The notes: generated by a model from the letters alone, not told the origin. Counted from the stretch's first letter, positions 17,224 to 25,082 are shown. The stretch: 27,991 nucleotides of DNA from an uncultured Chlamydiae bacterium (GCA_903867585.1 CAIPRZ010000012.1:1-27991), one strand, 5' to 3'. Numbers and translations: made by a program.

Positions 17224-19229
17224 ATCTGCTGATACGAACCTATCTCTAAAAGTTCTTGTGGTATTTCAAAAAGAAATCTAGAAGGGTTAGACTGTTCTTT
17301 TTTTCCATTACGTAGGCGGTTTTGAGCCATACTTAATATCACTTTGGATTTTCCCCGAGTTAAACCAACATAAAAAAGTCTTCTCTCTTCTTCAAGACCT
17401 GAAAGTTTTATACTTTTTTCGTGAGGGAGGATGTGGTCTTCTAGACCGATAATAAAACAGACCTCAAATTCTAACCCTTTAGAAGAGTGCAGAGTCATTA
17501 AAGAGACGGCCTCTTTATTTTTTTGTTTATCATGAACAAAATGTTCGTCTAAAGAAATGGTCCCTAAAAAATCAGAAAGGGTCGAGTTTTCCTTCGAATT
17601 TTGAAAATTTTTTAAATTATCTAAATACATATCGACCGATTCTTGTTTAAAAGCGCGCATTTTATCGCTTTTAACCTCTTCTTTAATGGCTTGAGAATAG
17701 TTTACAGAATCAAGAAGGTTTTGAAGGGTGATATGAAAATCTTTGCCATCAGAAAAATTAGAACGGGCTTTTTCAATACTTGAGGTAAAGCTTTTGATAC
17801 TTGTTAGGGCTTTTTGTGAAATTAAAGGGACAATCGGATGGGAATGTAGATGAGATAGATCTAAAAGGGTTTGATAAAGGCTTAACTTTTCTTTTCGTTG
17901 AAAGCTTGTAATGGTATCAAGCGTTTTATCAGAAAGTCCTTTTCGGGGGACATTAATAATTCTTAAAAGGGCCTCTTGATCATTGGTGTTATAACATAGC
18001 CTTAAAAAAGCAGTTACATCTTTAACTTCTGATCTTTCATAAAATTCAGTACCCCCAAAAACCACATAGGGAATGCCCCTTTTTAATCCTTCAGCTGTCT
18101 TATAAACCATGTTATTTAAAGCAATTTCAAAAGCCCTTGATAACGCGTTTGATCTATATAAGATGGCAAAATCAGAAAATTTTAATCCGTATTCTTCTTT
18201 AAGTTTTATTATTTTTAAAACACAGGTTTGAGCTTCATCAAGATCGCTGGGAGCATGAAAAATAGAGATTTTTTGATCAATTGCTGTATTACTTTTTAGT
18301 TCTTTATTATGCCGAGTTTTATTGTGGCTAATAACAGCATTGGCTGCTTTTAGGATTGTTGGTGATGAGCGGTAATTTTGTTCGAGTTTTATCTTAATAT
18401 CGGAGGGGAATTGCAAGATATTTTCAATTTTAGCCCCGCGCCAACCATAAATCGATTGATCATCATCACCAACAACAAACAAATTTTTATGAATCCTTGC
18501 CAAATGGGTGGCGATTTTAAACTGCATCGGATTGGCGTCTTGATACTCATCGATCATCACGTACTGAACATTTTTTACCGTATTTTCCATTAAAGAGGGA
18601 TGAGCTTCAAAAAGCTCGCAAGATAGCTCTAATAATCCATCAAAATCAACGGCGTTAAAAGCACGCATCGAGGTTTTTAGTGAGTCATAAGTTGATATTA
18701 GAAATTCATTATGCCAGGTGTTAGCTGGGTCGTGAGGCTTTTCACCGAGGGTTTTTGCCATTTGCAAGGCATTAAAAGAGTTATCTAAAGGGGGTAGTTC
18801 TCCTGATTGATTTAAATAGGTGGCTGCAAGCTGTTTAAAAATTCTTTTAACCTCAGCTTCTGAGTATAAAGAAAAATTGGAAGTATAGCCTAGGTGATGA
18901 ATGTGACTTTTTAAAAGCGAAAGGCAAAAACTGTGGAATGTCCCAATAAACACCTTAGAGGCCATCTTGGGGCCAACAAGCTTTAGTAGCCTTTCTTTCA
19001 TCTCACCGGCTGCTTTATTAGTAAAAGTAAGCGCTACTATCGATTCAGGACCGATAGCCTTATATAAAATTAAATAGGCGATTCGGAGAGTAAGAACACG
19101 AGTTTTACCACTGCCGGCACCAGCTAAGACTAGAATATAGCCTTCTGTAGAGGTGACTGCTGAATACTGCTCACTATTGAGCTTTTTAAGTTCCTGATAA
19201 AGGGGATGGCTTGGATCCATGGAACTCAA
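17220..19229 (-). CDS. uvrD: UvrD/Rep/PcrA superfamily 1 DNA helicase (start may be ATG at 19220)
   Basis: AGAGSGKT, DEYQD, VGDDDQSIYGWRGA, LEQNYRS, ILYR, TLHSSKGLEF, EEERRLFYVGLTR. Confidence 0.88.
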   Translation of the reverse strand: MSSMDPSHPLYQELKKLNSEQYSAVTSTEGYILVLAGAGSGKTRVLTLRIAYLILYKAIGPESIVALTFTNKAAGEMKERLLKLVGPKMASKVFIGTFHSFCLSLLKSHIHHLGYTSNFSLYSEAEVKRIFKQLAATYLNQSGELPPLDNSFNALQMAKTLGEKPHDPANTWHNEFLISTYDSLKTSMRAFNAVDFDGLLELSCELFEAHPSLMENTVKNVQYVMIDEYQDANPMQFKIATHLARIHKNLFVVGDDDQSIYGWRGAKIENILQFPSDIKIKLEQNYRSSPTILKAANAVISHNKTRHNKELKSNTAIDQKISIFHAPSDLDEAQTCVLKIIKLKEEYGLKFSDFAILYRSNALSRAFEIALNNMVYKTAEGLKRGIPYVVFGGTEFYERSEVKDVTAFLRLCYNTNDQEALLRIINVPRKGLSDKTLDTITSFQRKEKLSLYQTLLDLSHLHSHPIVPLISQKALTSIKSFTSSIEKARSNFSDGKDFHITLQNLLDSVNYSQAIKEEVKSDKMRAFKQESVDMYLDNLKNFQNSKENSTLSDFLGTISLDEHFVHDKQKNKEAVSLMTLHSSKGLEFEVCFIIGLEDHILPHEKSIKLSGLEEERRLFYVGLTRGKSKVILSMAQNRLRNGKKEQSNPSRFLFEIPQELLEIGSYQQI

Positions 19230-19554
19230 ATGTTGAGATTAATTGATCGAAGTCTGAAGAAATAAGGGGAAAGGATAGAGGTTTTTGACTTTTAGCAAGA
19301 GCATGGATCATAGTACCTATAGGAAGATTAGCAGATCTTGCTCTAAAAGCTTCACGAACAAGGCGTTTAAAGCGATTACGGGATACGGCGTTACCATATT
19401 TTCTAGATACGGTGATTCCAAGCTTAGTGCAGCTATTTGTTGAGGAGGCAACCTCAAATTTGATGAGATTAGCGCTCACTTTTAAAAATTTTTTTTTAAC
19501 TTTCAAAAAATCTTTACGTTCAAATGAACGCTTAGATCGAGCGCTTTTAATCAT
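19186..19554 (-). CDS. rnpA: Ribonuclease P protein component
   Basis: KLGITVSRKYGNAVSRNRFKRLVREAFR (RNR motif); directly after rpmH. Confidence 0.95.
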   Translation of the reverse strand: MIKSARSKRSFERKDFLKVKKKFLKVSANLIKFEVASSTNSCTKLGITVSRKYGNAVSRNRFKRLVREAFRARSANLPIGTMIHALAKSQKPLSFPLISSDFDQLISTFEFHGSKPSPLSGT

Positions 19555-19558
19555 GGTT

Positions 19559-19693
19559 TTACTCTGTAAGACGTTTTCTTCCTGCTCTACGTCTGCGATT
19601 AACGATTTTACGACCGCTAGAAGTTTTCATTCTTTTACGAAAACCAACCGTCGTTTGTCTTTTCTTTTTGCTGGGTTGATAGGTGCGTTTCAT
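19559..19693 (-). CDS. rpmH: 50S ribosomal protein L34 (missed by ORF track)
   Basis: Manual translation: [44 protein letters not shown]. Confidence 0.97.
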   Translation of the reverse strand: MKRTYQPSKKKRQTTVGFRKRMKTSSGRKIVNRRRRAGRKRLTE

Positions 19694-19704
19694 AAATAAA
19701 TTCC

Positions 19705-19734
19705 TTGACGAACTTTTTTTTATTTTTATATGGT
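19705..19734 (+). promoter_or_regulatory. Candidate distal promoter for rpmJ-rpsN
   Basis: TTGACG-N18-TATGGT. Confidence 0.35.
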
Positions 19735-19773
19735 AACAATTACCTGTCTAAAAGAACAAGTGTTAAAATCGCA

Positions 19774-19802
19774 TTGCACCAAATGATGGGATAGAGTATA
19801 AA
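19774..19802 (+). promoter_or_regulatory. Candidate proximal sigma66/70 promoter for rpmJ-rpsN
   Basis: TTGCAC-N17-TATAAA, 29 nt upstream of the rpmJ ATG. Confidence 0.5.
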
Positions 19803-19831
19803 GTTAAGCACAATAATGATGGAATCGATTT

Positions 19832-19969
19832 ATGAAAGTTCGAGCATCGATAAAAGCAGACCCTTCTAAAGGGGACAAAGTAGTACGCCGTAAAGGTCGT
19901 ATTTATGTGATTAACAAGAAAGATCCAAATCGCAAGCAGCGCCAAAAAGGCCCAGCGAGAAAAAAATAA
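19832..19969 (+). CDS. rpmJ: 50S ribosomal protein L36, cysteine-free chlamydial type (missed by ORF track)
   Basis: Manual translation: [45 protein letters not shown]. Confidence 0.96.
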   Translation: MKVRASIKADPSKGDKVVRRKGRIYVINKKDPNRKQRQKGPARKK

Positions 19970-19978
19970 CGGTAGAGT

Positions 19979-20284
19979 ATGGCAACTAAATCATCAGTAG
20001 CTAAGCAAAAGCGTAGAGAATATATGGTCGGTCTTAAATGGGACAAGCGCCAAGCTCTTAAAAAAATTATTTCAAGCCCTTCTACCTCTTTTGAGGACAG
20101 ATTGGCTGCCGTCGACAAGCTAAATAAGCTTCCAAAAAATTCGTCACCGGTTCGTTTAAGAAGCCGTTGCCAATTAACTGGTCGCGCTAGAGGTGTTCTT
20201 AAAAAGTTTAAACTATCTCGCCTTTGCTTCAGAGAGATGGCCAATTCTGGTCTAATTCCTGGTGTATTTAAAGCTAGCTGGTAA
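19979..20284 (+). CDS. rpsN: 30S ribosomal protein S14 (long, zinc-independent form)
   Basis: [22 protein letters not shown]...[23 protein letters not shown], 101 aa. Confidence 0.97.
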   Translation: MATKSSVAKQKRREYMVGLKWDKRQALKKIISSPSTSFEDRLAAVDKLNKLPKNSSPVRLRSRCQLTGRARGVLKKFKLSRLCFREMANSGLIPGVFKASW

Positions 20285-20308
20285 TCAAAAAATTTCCTTC
20301 TTAAAACA

Positions 20309-20339
20309 GAGCCTAGGTCTTAATAACCTGGGCTTTTTT
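20309..20339 (+). terminator. Rho-independent terminator after rpsN (possibly bidirectional)
   Basis: GAGCCTAGGT-CTTAATA-ACCTGGGCTT stem (two G:U pairs) followed by a T run, between convergent genes. Confidence 0.7.
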
Positions 20340-20721
20340 ATTGTCTAAATTGTTCTAATTTTTCCCAGTTTTCTAAATTTTCATGCCAGATAAGGGTATT
20401 AAGAGAGATTTGTCCTTTATCAAATAAACTTTTTAGGTATTCGGGGCTAATAGGCCCGACAACGGTTTGACTATCTTCATAGTACCACGCGCCCGGCTGA
20501 AGATTAAATAGATCTAGAGGCTTGGGGTTAGAAGCAGCTGGAGCTGAAAGGGGAGCTATTTTTTTTGTGAGATAAAAAGCTATTAATCCCCAAATGCCAA
20601 AAATAAAGCCCATAAGAAACCATTTTTTGGGATTTCTTTGATGTTTCACAGCTTTAGCTCTTGTGAGCCAAGCAAAAAAACTAGAGCCAAGTAAAATAAG
20701 CCAAAGTGGTGGATGTTCCAT
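20338..20721 (-). CDS. Membrane protein with C-terminal GYF_2 (DUF4339) domain
   Basis: Two TM segments, then WYY...VGPISPEYLKSLFDKGQISLNTLIWHENLENW, the GYF_2 pattern. Confidence 0.8.
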   Translation of the reverse strand: MEHPPLWLILLGSSFFAWLTRAKAVKHQRNPKKWFLMGFIFGIWGLIAFYLTKKIAPLSAPAASNPKPLDLFNLQPGAWYYEDSQTVVGPISPEYLKSLFDKGQISLNTLIWHENLENWEKLEQFRQ

Positions 20722-20894
20722 AGCCAGTATCCATTTTTTTAGCTTATATCCTATCAGACCCTAGGGATTTAAGAAATATAACCTATTTTGTCTTAGCAGA
20801 AGCTAATAGAAGATGATCTGTTTAAGTAAGTGTTTGCTAGGGAGCTGGAAGTAATGCTAGATTATTAATTTTTAAATTAAAAATTTGAGATTTT

Positions 20895-21602
20895 ATGAGT
20901 ATAACTTCCGTTGAGCTAAGGTCAAAAAATTTAGAAACAAAATTAACTACTCTTGCGTCTAAAATTGATACTGGCGAGCTCGAATTTATCCGAGCATTTA
21001 TAACAAATGATAAAGAAGTTTCCTGCCATAGGGAGAATAATACTCTAGCTTTAAGAATATCACTCGAAAAGAGGAGTATTCCCCTAGCCATTGAAATTAT
21101 CCAAGGTGGAGATTTTGAAGGTACAGAAGCTCTTTTATTAGCAGTTCAGGGGGGGCACACAGCTTGTGTTAAAGCACTTCTAGCAAGCAAAGCTGTTTCT
21201 TTATCTAATATAGGTGATGCTCTTTATGAAGCTGCTAAAAAAGGTCACTTAGATTGCGTTGAAGCTTTACTATCTAGTGGGGCTGTTTCTGATGTTAATA
21301 GAGGCCGCGCTGTTCGACCAGCTGCTAGAGTTGGTCATTTATCTTGTGTTGAAGCTCTTCTTGCGAGCGGACCTATTTCTGAAGCTTATAGGGGTGGAGC
21401 TGTTCGATATGCCTGTTACCAGGGTCACTTAGCATGTATTGAAGCTCTTCTAGCTAATGGGGCTATTTCTGAATCTGATAGAGCAGAGGCTTTTGAAATT
21501 GCTAATGACCTTGGTCACTCAGCCTGTGTTCAGGTTTTACTTCCTTTTGGGGTTAGCCTTAATCAGTATTTGACTGCTCGTAGATCACTAGCTAGAGAAT
21601 GA
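20895..21602 (+). CDS. Ankyrin-like repeat protein (five 30-aa units)
   Basis: Recurrent A-x-x-x-G-H-x-x-C-V-x-A-L-L; GH codons at 21153, 21243, 21333, 21423, 21513. Confidence 0.85.
   Translation: MSITSVELRSKNLETKLTTLASKIDTGELEFIRAFITNDKEVSCHRENNTLALRISLEKRSIPLAIEIIQGGDFEGTEALLLAVQGGHTACVKALLASKAVSLSNIGDALYEAAKKGHLDCVEALLSSGAVSDVNRGRAVRPAARVGHLSCVEALLASGPISEAYRGGAVRYACYQGHLACIEALLANGAISESDRAEAFEIANDLGHSACVQVLLPFGVSLNQYLTARRSLARE
21123..21545 (+). repeat. Tandem 90-bp coding repeat, about 5 units
   Basis: GG(T/G)CA(C/T) recurs at exact 90-nt spacing; TGTGTTGAAGCT-like and ATTTCTGA-like words recur. Confidence 0.9.
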
Positions 21603-21762
21603 TTAGAGATGAGCTGTGCAGACTTAAATAGAGGATTACTTAGCTCGGCAGCGGATGTAAGGTAAAGCGCCTGTTAATGAATTCTTAATAATAAGGGGGC
21701 TTTTGTTTTCTATTTAATATAAATTCAAATTTTATTATAATTTTAACTAAATGAATTAAAAC

Positions 21763-23265
21763 ATGGTTAATTATATGAATAAGGTCAGTTTCTTTACTCC
21801 CGTTAGTTTTAATAGCCAGTTTCACACAGTAAAAAACAAGCTTTTAGAAGCTTGTGATGGGTATTTGAGTCTTGGTAATCGGGTCGCCCAAGTTCAGTAT
21901 GAAATCGATAAGGAACGTGTATATAGTGTTATAGAATGCCATATAGCTCCCTCTTCAGTTTTCCAAACTGCCCTAAAAGTCGTCTCCTATTTTACCGTTA
22001 TTCTTCCACTTCTAGCTTTATGTGCTAAATTCTTCTTAAGAACTACTACCGATTTTAACTATCTGAATCAATCAAGCCAAAGATCAGCTAAAAAAGAATT
22101 TTTAGTTCCGCCAAATATGACTCTTGAACAGGCAGCTGAGTGTGGTGATTTAGATAGAGTACGCCAGTTGCTAGGTCCATTCACTTCTCATGAAGATAGA
22201 GGTATTGCGATCAAAAAGGCAGCTCTAAAAGGACATCTTGATGTTGTTCTAGCTCTTATTCCTCAAGTGGCTCCAGAGCAAGAGAGCGCAAGAAATTTTG
22301 CTCTTCGAAATTTTGCTGAAGGAGGACATCGAGAAATTGTTTTTTCCCTTCTTCAGACAGAGGAATTTAGGGAATCAAAAAATCACGCTGTTTTTGGCGC
22401 CGCTGCGCTTGGTGACTTGCGCTTTATTGAATCCCTTGTACATGGTTTTGATGTTGCTCAAAGTAATGAAGCAAAAGAGTACGCTTTTTTAGGTTTTGCT
22501 TTTGGGGGACATTTAAAGTTAATTCAAGAGCAGTGCGAATCTAAAGTTATTAATGATCAAGAATTGAGATTTGAAGCTATTGATTTAGCAGCTAGTGGGG
22601 GTCATTTACCGGTTTTTAATTATCTTATAGGTAGTATCGGAGATGAAGATCGTAAGAGTGTTAATGCGCGAGTTTTTAAAATAGCAGCTCAAGAAGGTCA
22701 TCTAACTATTGTTCTAGCTCTGATCGATTCTGAAGATATCGAACCATATACGAAGTCTTTTGCTATTGAAGAGGCTACTAAAAAAGGTCATCTAGACATT
22801 GTTCTAGCTATAGTTAAATCAGGTATTAGTGAATATGATCGGTCTGGGGTTTTACGAGAATTAACCAGGCTTGGACATTTAGAGCTTATTAAAGCAGTTA
22901 TTTCTTTGGGTTCTATTTGTTCTTATCGACTAGACGAAGCTATTGACATAGCGGCTAGGGGGCAATCTTTACCAATTATTCAATTGCTCCTTTCTAAGGT
23001 AGATTCTCCATTTCTCTTAAAACAAGCTAAAGAAAAAGCTGTTGAAAATGCAGCTCATGCTCACCGTGACAATCCTGATTTTGTTACATGTCTTGTTGAA
23101 GCTATATCAGATAGTCCAGAGGAAGCAGCCCTACTAACAGCTAAGGCTCAAGAGGTTTTTCTCGATCAAAATGAGGAAGTTATTTTTGGATCAAGCTCTA
23201 GCTTTAACTCTAGCGCTTATTCGGCGGCCTCCGCATGGCAAGCCCATGCCCGGGTTAGTGAGTAA
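21763..23265 (+). CDS. DUF648-like N-terminal domain plus ~10 ankyrin-like repeats; candidate secreted effector (start may be 21775)
   Basis: N-terminus SFFTPV...KLLEACDGYLSLG...TALKVVSYFTVILPLLALCAKFFLR resembles chlamydial DUF648. GH/GD anchors are spaced 29-32 aa. Confidence 0.8.
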   Translation: MVNYMNKVSFFTPVSFNSQFHTVKNKLLEACDGYLSLGNRVAQVQYEIDKERVYSVIECHIAPSSVFQTALKVVSYFTVILPLLALCAKFFLRTTTDFNYLNQSSQRSAKKEFLVPPNMTLEQAAECGDLDRVRQLLGPFTSHEDRGIAIKKAALKGHLDVVLALIPQVAPEQESARNFALRNFAEGGHREIVFSLLQTEEFRESKNHAVFGAAALGDLRFIESLVHGFDVAQSNEAKEYAFLGFAFGGHLKLIQEQCESKVINDQELRFEAIDLAASGGHLPVFNYLIGSIGDEDRKSVNARVFKIAAQEGHLTIVLALIDSEDIEPYTKSFAIEEATKKGHLDIVLAIVKSGISEYDRSGVLRELTRLGHLELIKAVISLGSICSYRLDEAIDIAARGQSLPIIQLLLSKVDSPFLLKQAKEKAVENAAHAHRDNPDFVTCLVEAISDSPEEAALLTAKAQEVFLDQNEEVIFGSSSSFNSSAYSAASAWQAHARVSE

Positions 23266-23356
23266 TTTCTTAAATCCCGTTCATTTCTAATCTTCATAAT
23301 GCCAGGGGCGCCTAGCTAATGAGATCAAGAGGCTTAAAAATTGGTTTTTGAATCCT

Positions 23357-23394
23357 CTAGAAAGTATTATTTTTGACAAAATAAATTTTTCTAG
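23357..23394. promoter_or_regulatory. 38-bp imperfect palindrome centred on TTGACA upstream of the OMP gene; possible operator
   Basis: CTAGAAA-gta-TTATTTT-tgac-AAAATAA-att-TTTCTAG, 14 of 19 symmetric pairs; TTGACA at 23373-23378. Confidence 0.4.
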
Positions 23395-23420
23395 GTTTGA
23401 TGAAATCAAATGGAGTGATT

Positions 23421-24062
23421 ATGAAATATTCAATTGCATGTACTTTGCTTGCACTATCGCAAGCTTTTGGTGTCGAAGGAAAAAAAAATAAGCCTATTCA
23501 AACAGAGCCCGTTTCCCGAGTTTATGTTGGTGGTTTTGGTGGATATGGGGTGATGAATGGGATGTATAGTAGTGATGGTCAATTTTCCCAATTCCGTTTA
23601 ACTTTAGGTGTTGATGCCTATCAAGGAGAAAAATGGGATTTTGGCTTTGAAGGGGGTGTTCAGTCAGGTAATTCTAGTCCTGTTGTGTGGAATACAACCG
23701 ATATTAACGCTACTGGTGGTATGATACCTCAAGTTGTTTTAAAGCCTTTTATTGATGGTCTTGCCTTTGTGCGTTGGTATTTTTCTGACAAATGGTGCCT
23801 GCTTATAAAAGGAGGAGTAGCCTATCGTCAAATGCAATTTACCGATAGAACCTCTTCAAAAGACTCTGTTAAAACAGCCGCAGGTGAATTTCAAGGTGGT
23901 CTAGGTTACCAAGTAACAAAACATGCTCGCATCGTGGGTCTTTATCAAGGAATTTACTCAAGAAGTAATCTTGGTCTAGGTATAGACTCTTCTGGTAGTA
24001 CGACTATGAAATATATCCCTACTCAGCAGGCGGGACTATTTGGCTTAGAATATAACTTCTAA
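23421..24062 (+). CDS. Outer-membrane beta-barrel protein (OmpA-transmembrane-like)
   Basis: GGAG SD before ATG 23421, signal peptide MKYSIACTLLALSQAFG, Gly/aromatic-rich amphipathic strands (YVGGFGGYG, GGVAY, GGLGY), terminal GLEYNF. Confidence 0.75.
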   Translation: MKYSIACTLLALSQAFGVEGKKNKPIQTEPVSRVYVGGFGGYGVMNGMYSSDGQFSQFRLTLGVDAYQGEKWDFGFEGGVQSGNSSPVVWNTTDINATGGMIPQVVLKPFIDGLAFVRWYFSDKWCLLIKGGVAYRQMQFTDRTSSKDSVKTAAGEFQGGLGYQVTKHARIVGLYQGIYSRSNLGLGIDSSGSTTMKYIPTQQAGLFGLEYNF

Positions 24063-24072
24063 TTTACTTTCT

Positions 24073-24098
24073 AAAGCCTCAATTTTTTGAGGCTTTTT
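24073..24098 (+). terminator. Rho-independent terminator after the OMP gene
   Basis: Perfect 10-bp stem AAAGCCTCAA-TTTT-TTGAGGCTTT followed by TT. Confidence 0.75.
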
Positions 24099-24189
24099 CT
24101 TAGACAAAAACTTTTTATTTTGGAATTGGCATAAATTAACCTATCGCGAGAAGATAGATAAGACCCCAATTTTATTATAGGAAGGTTCT

Positions 24190-24588
24190 ATGACATCAGA
24201 AATATTTAAAAATATAGATGTAAAAGAAATCCAGTTACCAATGACCGATTTTATTTTTGATATCGAATCTAAAGTTTTAATGTCTATTTGTTATCAATGT
24301 ATTAAACAAATCGAAGGTCTTTTTCCTATAGAAGCGGGACTTATTGATAACCTTTTAGGGCATGAGCATTTAAAAGGGATCCATGTGCAACAAGATTCAA
24401 AGCAGCATGCGGTCATTATAAAAATTGAAGTGAGTGTGATCTATGGAGTTTCTTTACCTTTTAAAGCGGAAGCTTTACAAACACTCATTGTAAAAGAGAT
24501 TTCAGAGCTTACAGGCCTTCATGTAGGTTCAGTTCATGTTATTTTTAAAAATCTTGTTGTCAAAGATGGGGAGCTTATTAAGATATGA
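24190..24588 (+). CDS. Asp23/Gls24 family envelope stress protein
   Basis: IKIEVSVIYGVSLPFKAEALQTLIVKEISELTGLHVGSVHVIFKNL is the Asp23 (DUF322) C-terminal pattern. Confidence 0.85.
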   Translation: MTSEIFKNIDVKEIQLPMTDFIFDIESKVLMSICYQCIKQIEGLFPIEAGLIDNLLGHEHLKGIHVQQDSKQHAVIIKIEVSVIYGVSLPFKAEALQTLIVKEISELTGLHVGSVHVIFKNLVVKDGELIKI

Positions 24589-25082
24589 AGCAACTCAATA
24601 TGGCCTATACATGGCTAAGAATTGGAGGCTTTTTCCTTTGCATAATTAGTATGGCAGCTGTTCTTATTTTAGCTGAACCTCAAAGGCTTTCTTATTTTTC
24701 CTACCTTTTATTTAAAAACCAAGAATTGTTGAAAACCTGTTCTATTGTTGGAATTTTTTTGGGAGTTTTTTTTCTTTTTTATACCTCCTCTAAAGTTTCT
24801 CACCACTATCTTAAGATTAAGCTTTTTACAGGAAGCATGAAACTGCCTCCTGATATGATAAAAAAGTCGATCGATCTTTGGTTTGCAGAACAAAAAGTTC
24901 AGGGGATCAAGCTTGTATCGGTAAATTTAGGGGAAAAATCTAAAATTAGCTTAGAGCTAAAAACATCAAATCTTCAAGAAGCTCTCTATTCTATTGAGGA
25001 TATCGAAGCAAAACTTAAAGATTTTATGGGTTCTAATTTAGGTATTCACACGCCGATCGATCTTCAGCTTTTTGAATTATGA
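24585..25082 (+). CDS. Membrane protein, AmaP-like anchor candidate
   Basis: ATGA overlap with asp23. Two N-terminal TM helices, then a soluble alpha/beta domain (IDLWF...IKLVSVNLG...ISLELK...IEAKLKDFMG) resembling an Asp23-type fold. Confidence 0.6.
   Translation: MKQLNMAYTWLRIGGFFLCIISMAAVLILAEPQRLSYFSYLLFKNQELLKTCSIVGIFLGVFFLFYTSSKVSHHYLKIKLFTGSMKLPPDMIKKSIDLWFAEQKVQGIKLVSVNLGEKSKISLELKTSNLQEALYSIEDIEAKLKDFMGSNLGIHTPIDLQLFEL

Noticed and set aside
6787-19554. Co-location of RNase E/G, poly(A) polymerase and RNase P protein as an RNA-processing cluster
   Set aside because: They belong to separate known chlamydial synteny blocks with unrelated genes between them.
21603-21665. In-frame continuation past the TGA of the first ankyrin gene (LEMSCADLNRGLLSSAADVR*), as readthrough or a decayed repeat
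   Set aside because: Similarity to the repeat (DLNRG vs DVNRG) is too short, and TGA acts as a normal stop in several core genes here.
20722-24189. tRNA, att site, CRISPR or IS ends around the accessory cassette
   Set aside because: No cloverleaf, T-loop motif, spacer-separated repeats or terminal repeats were visible; the 90-bp repeats are coding.
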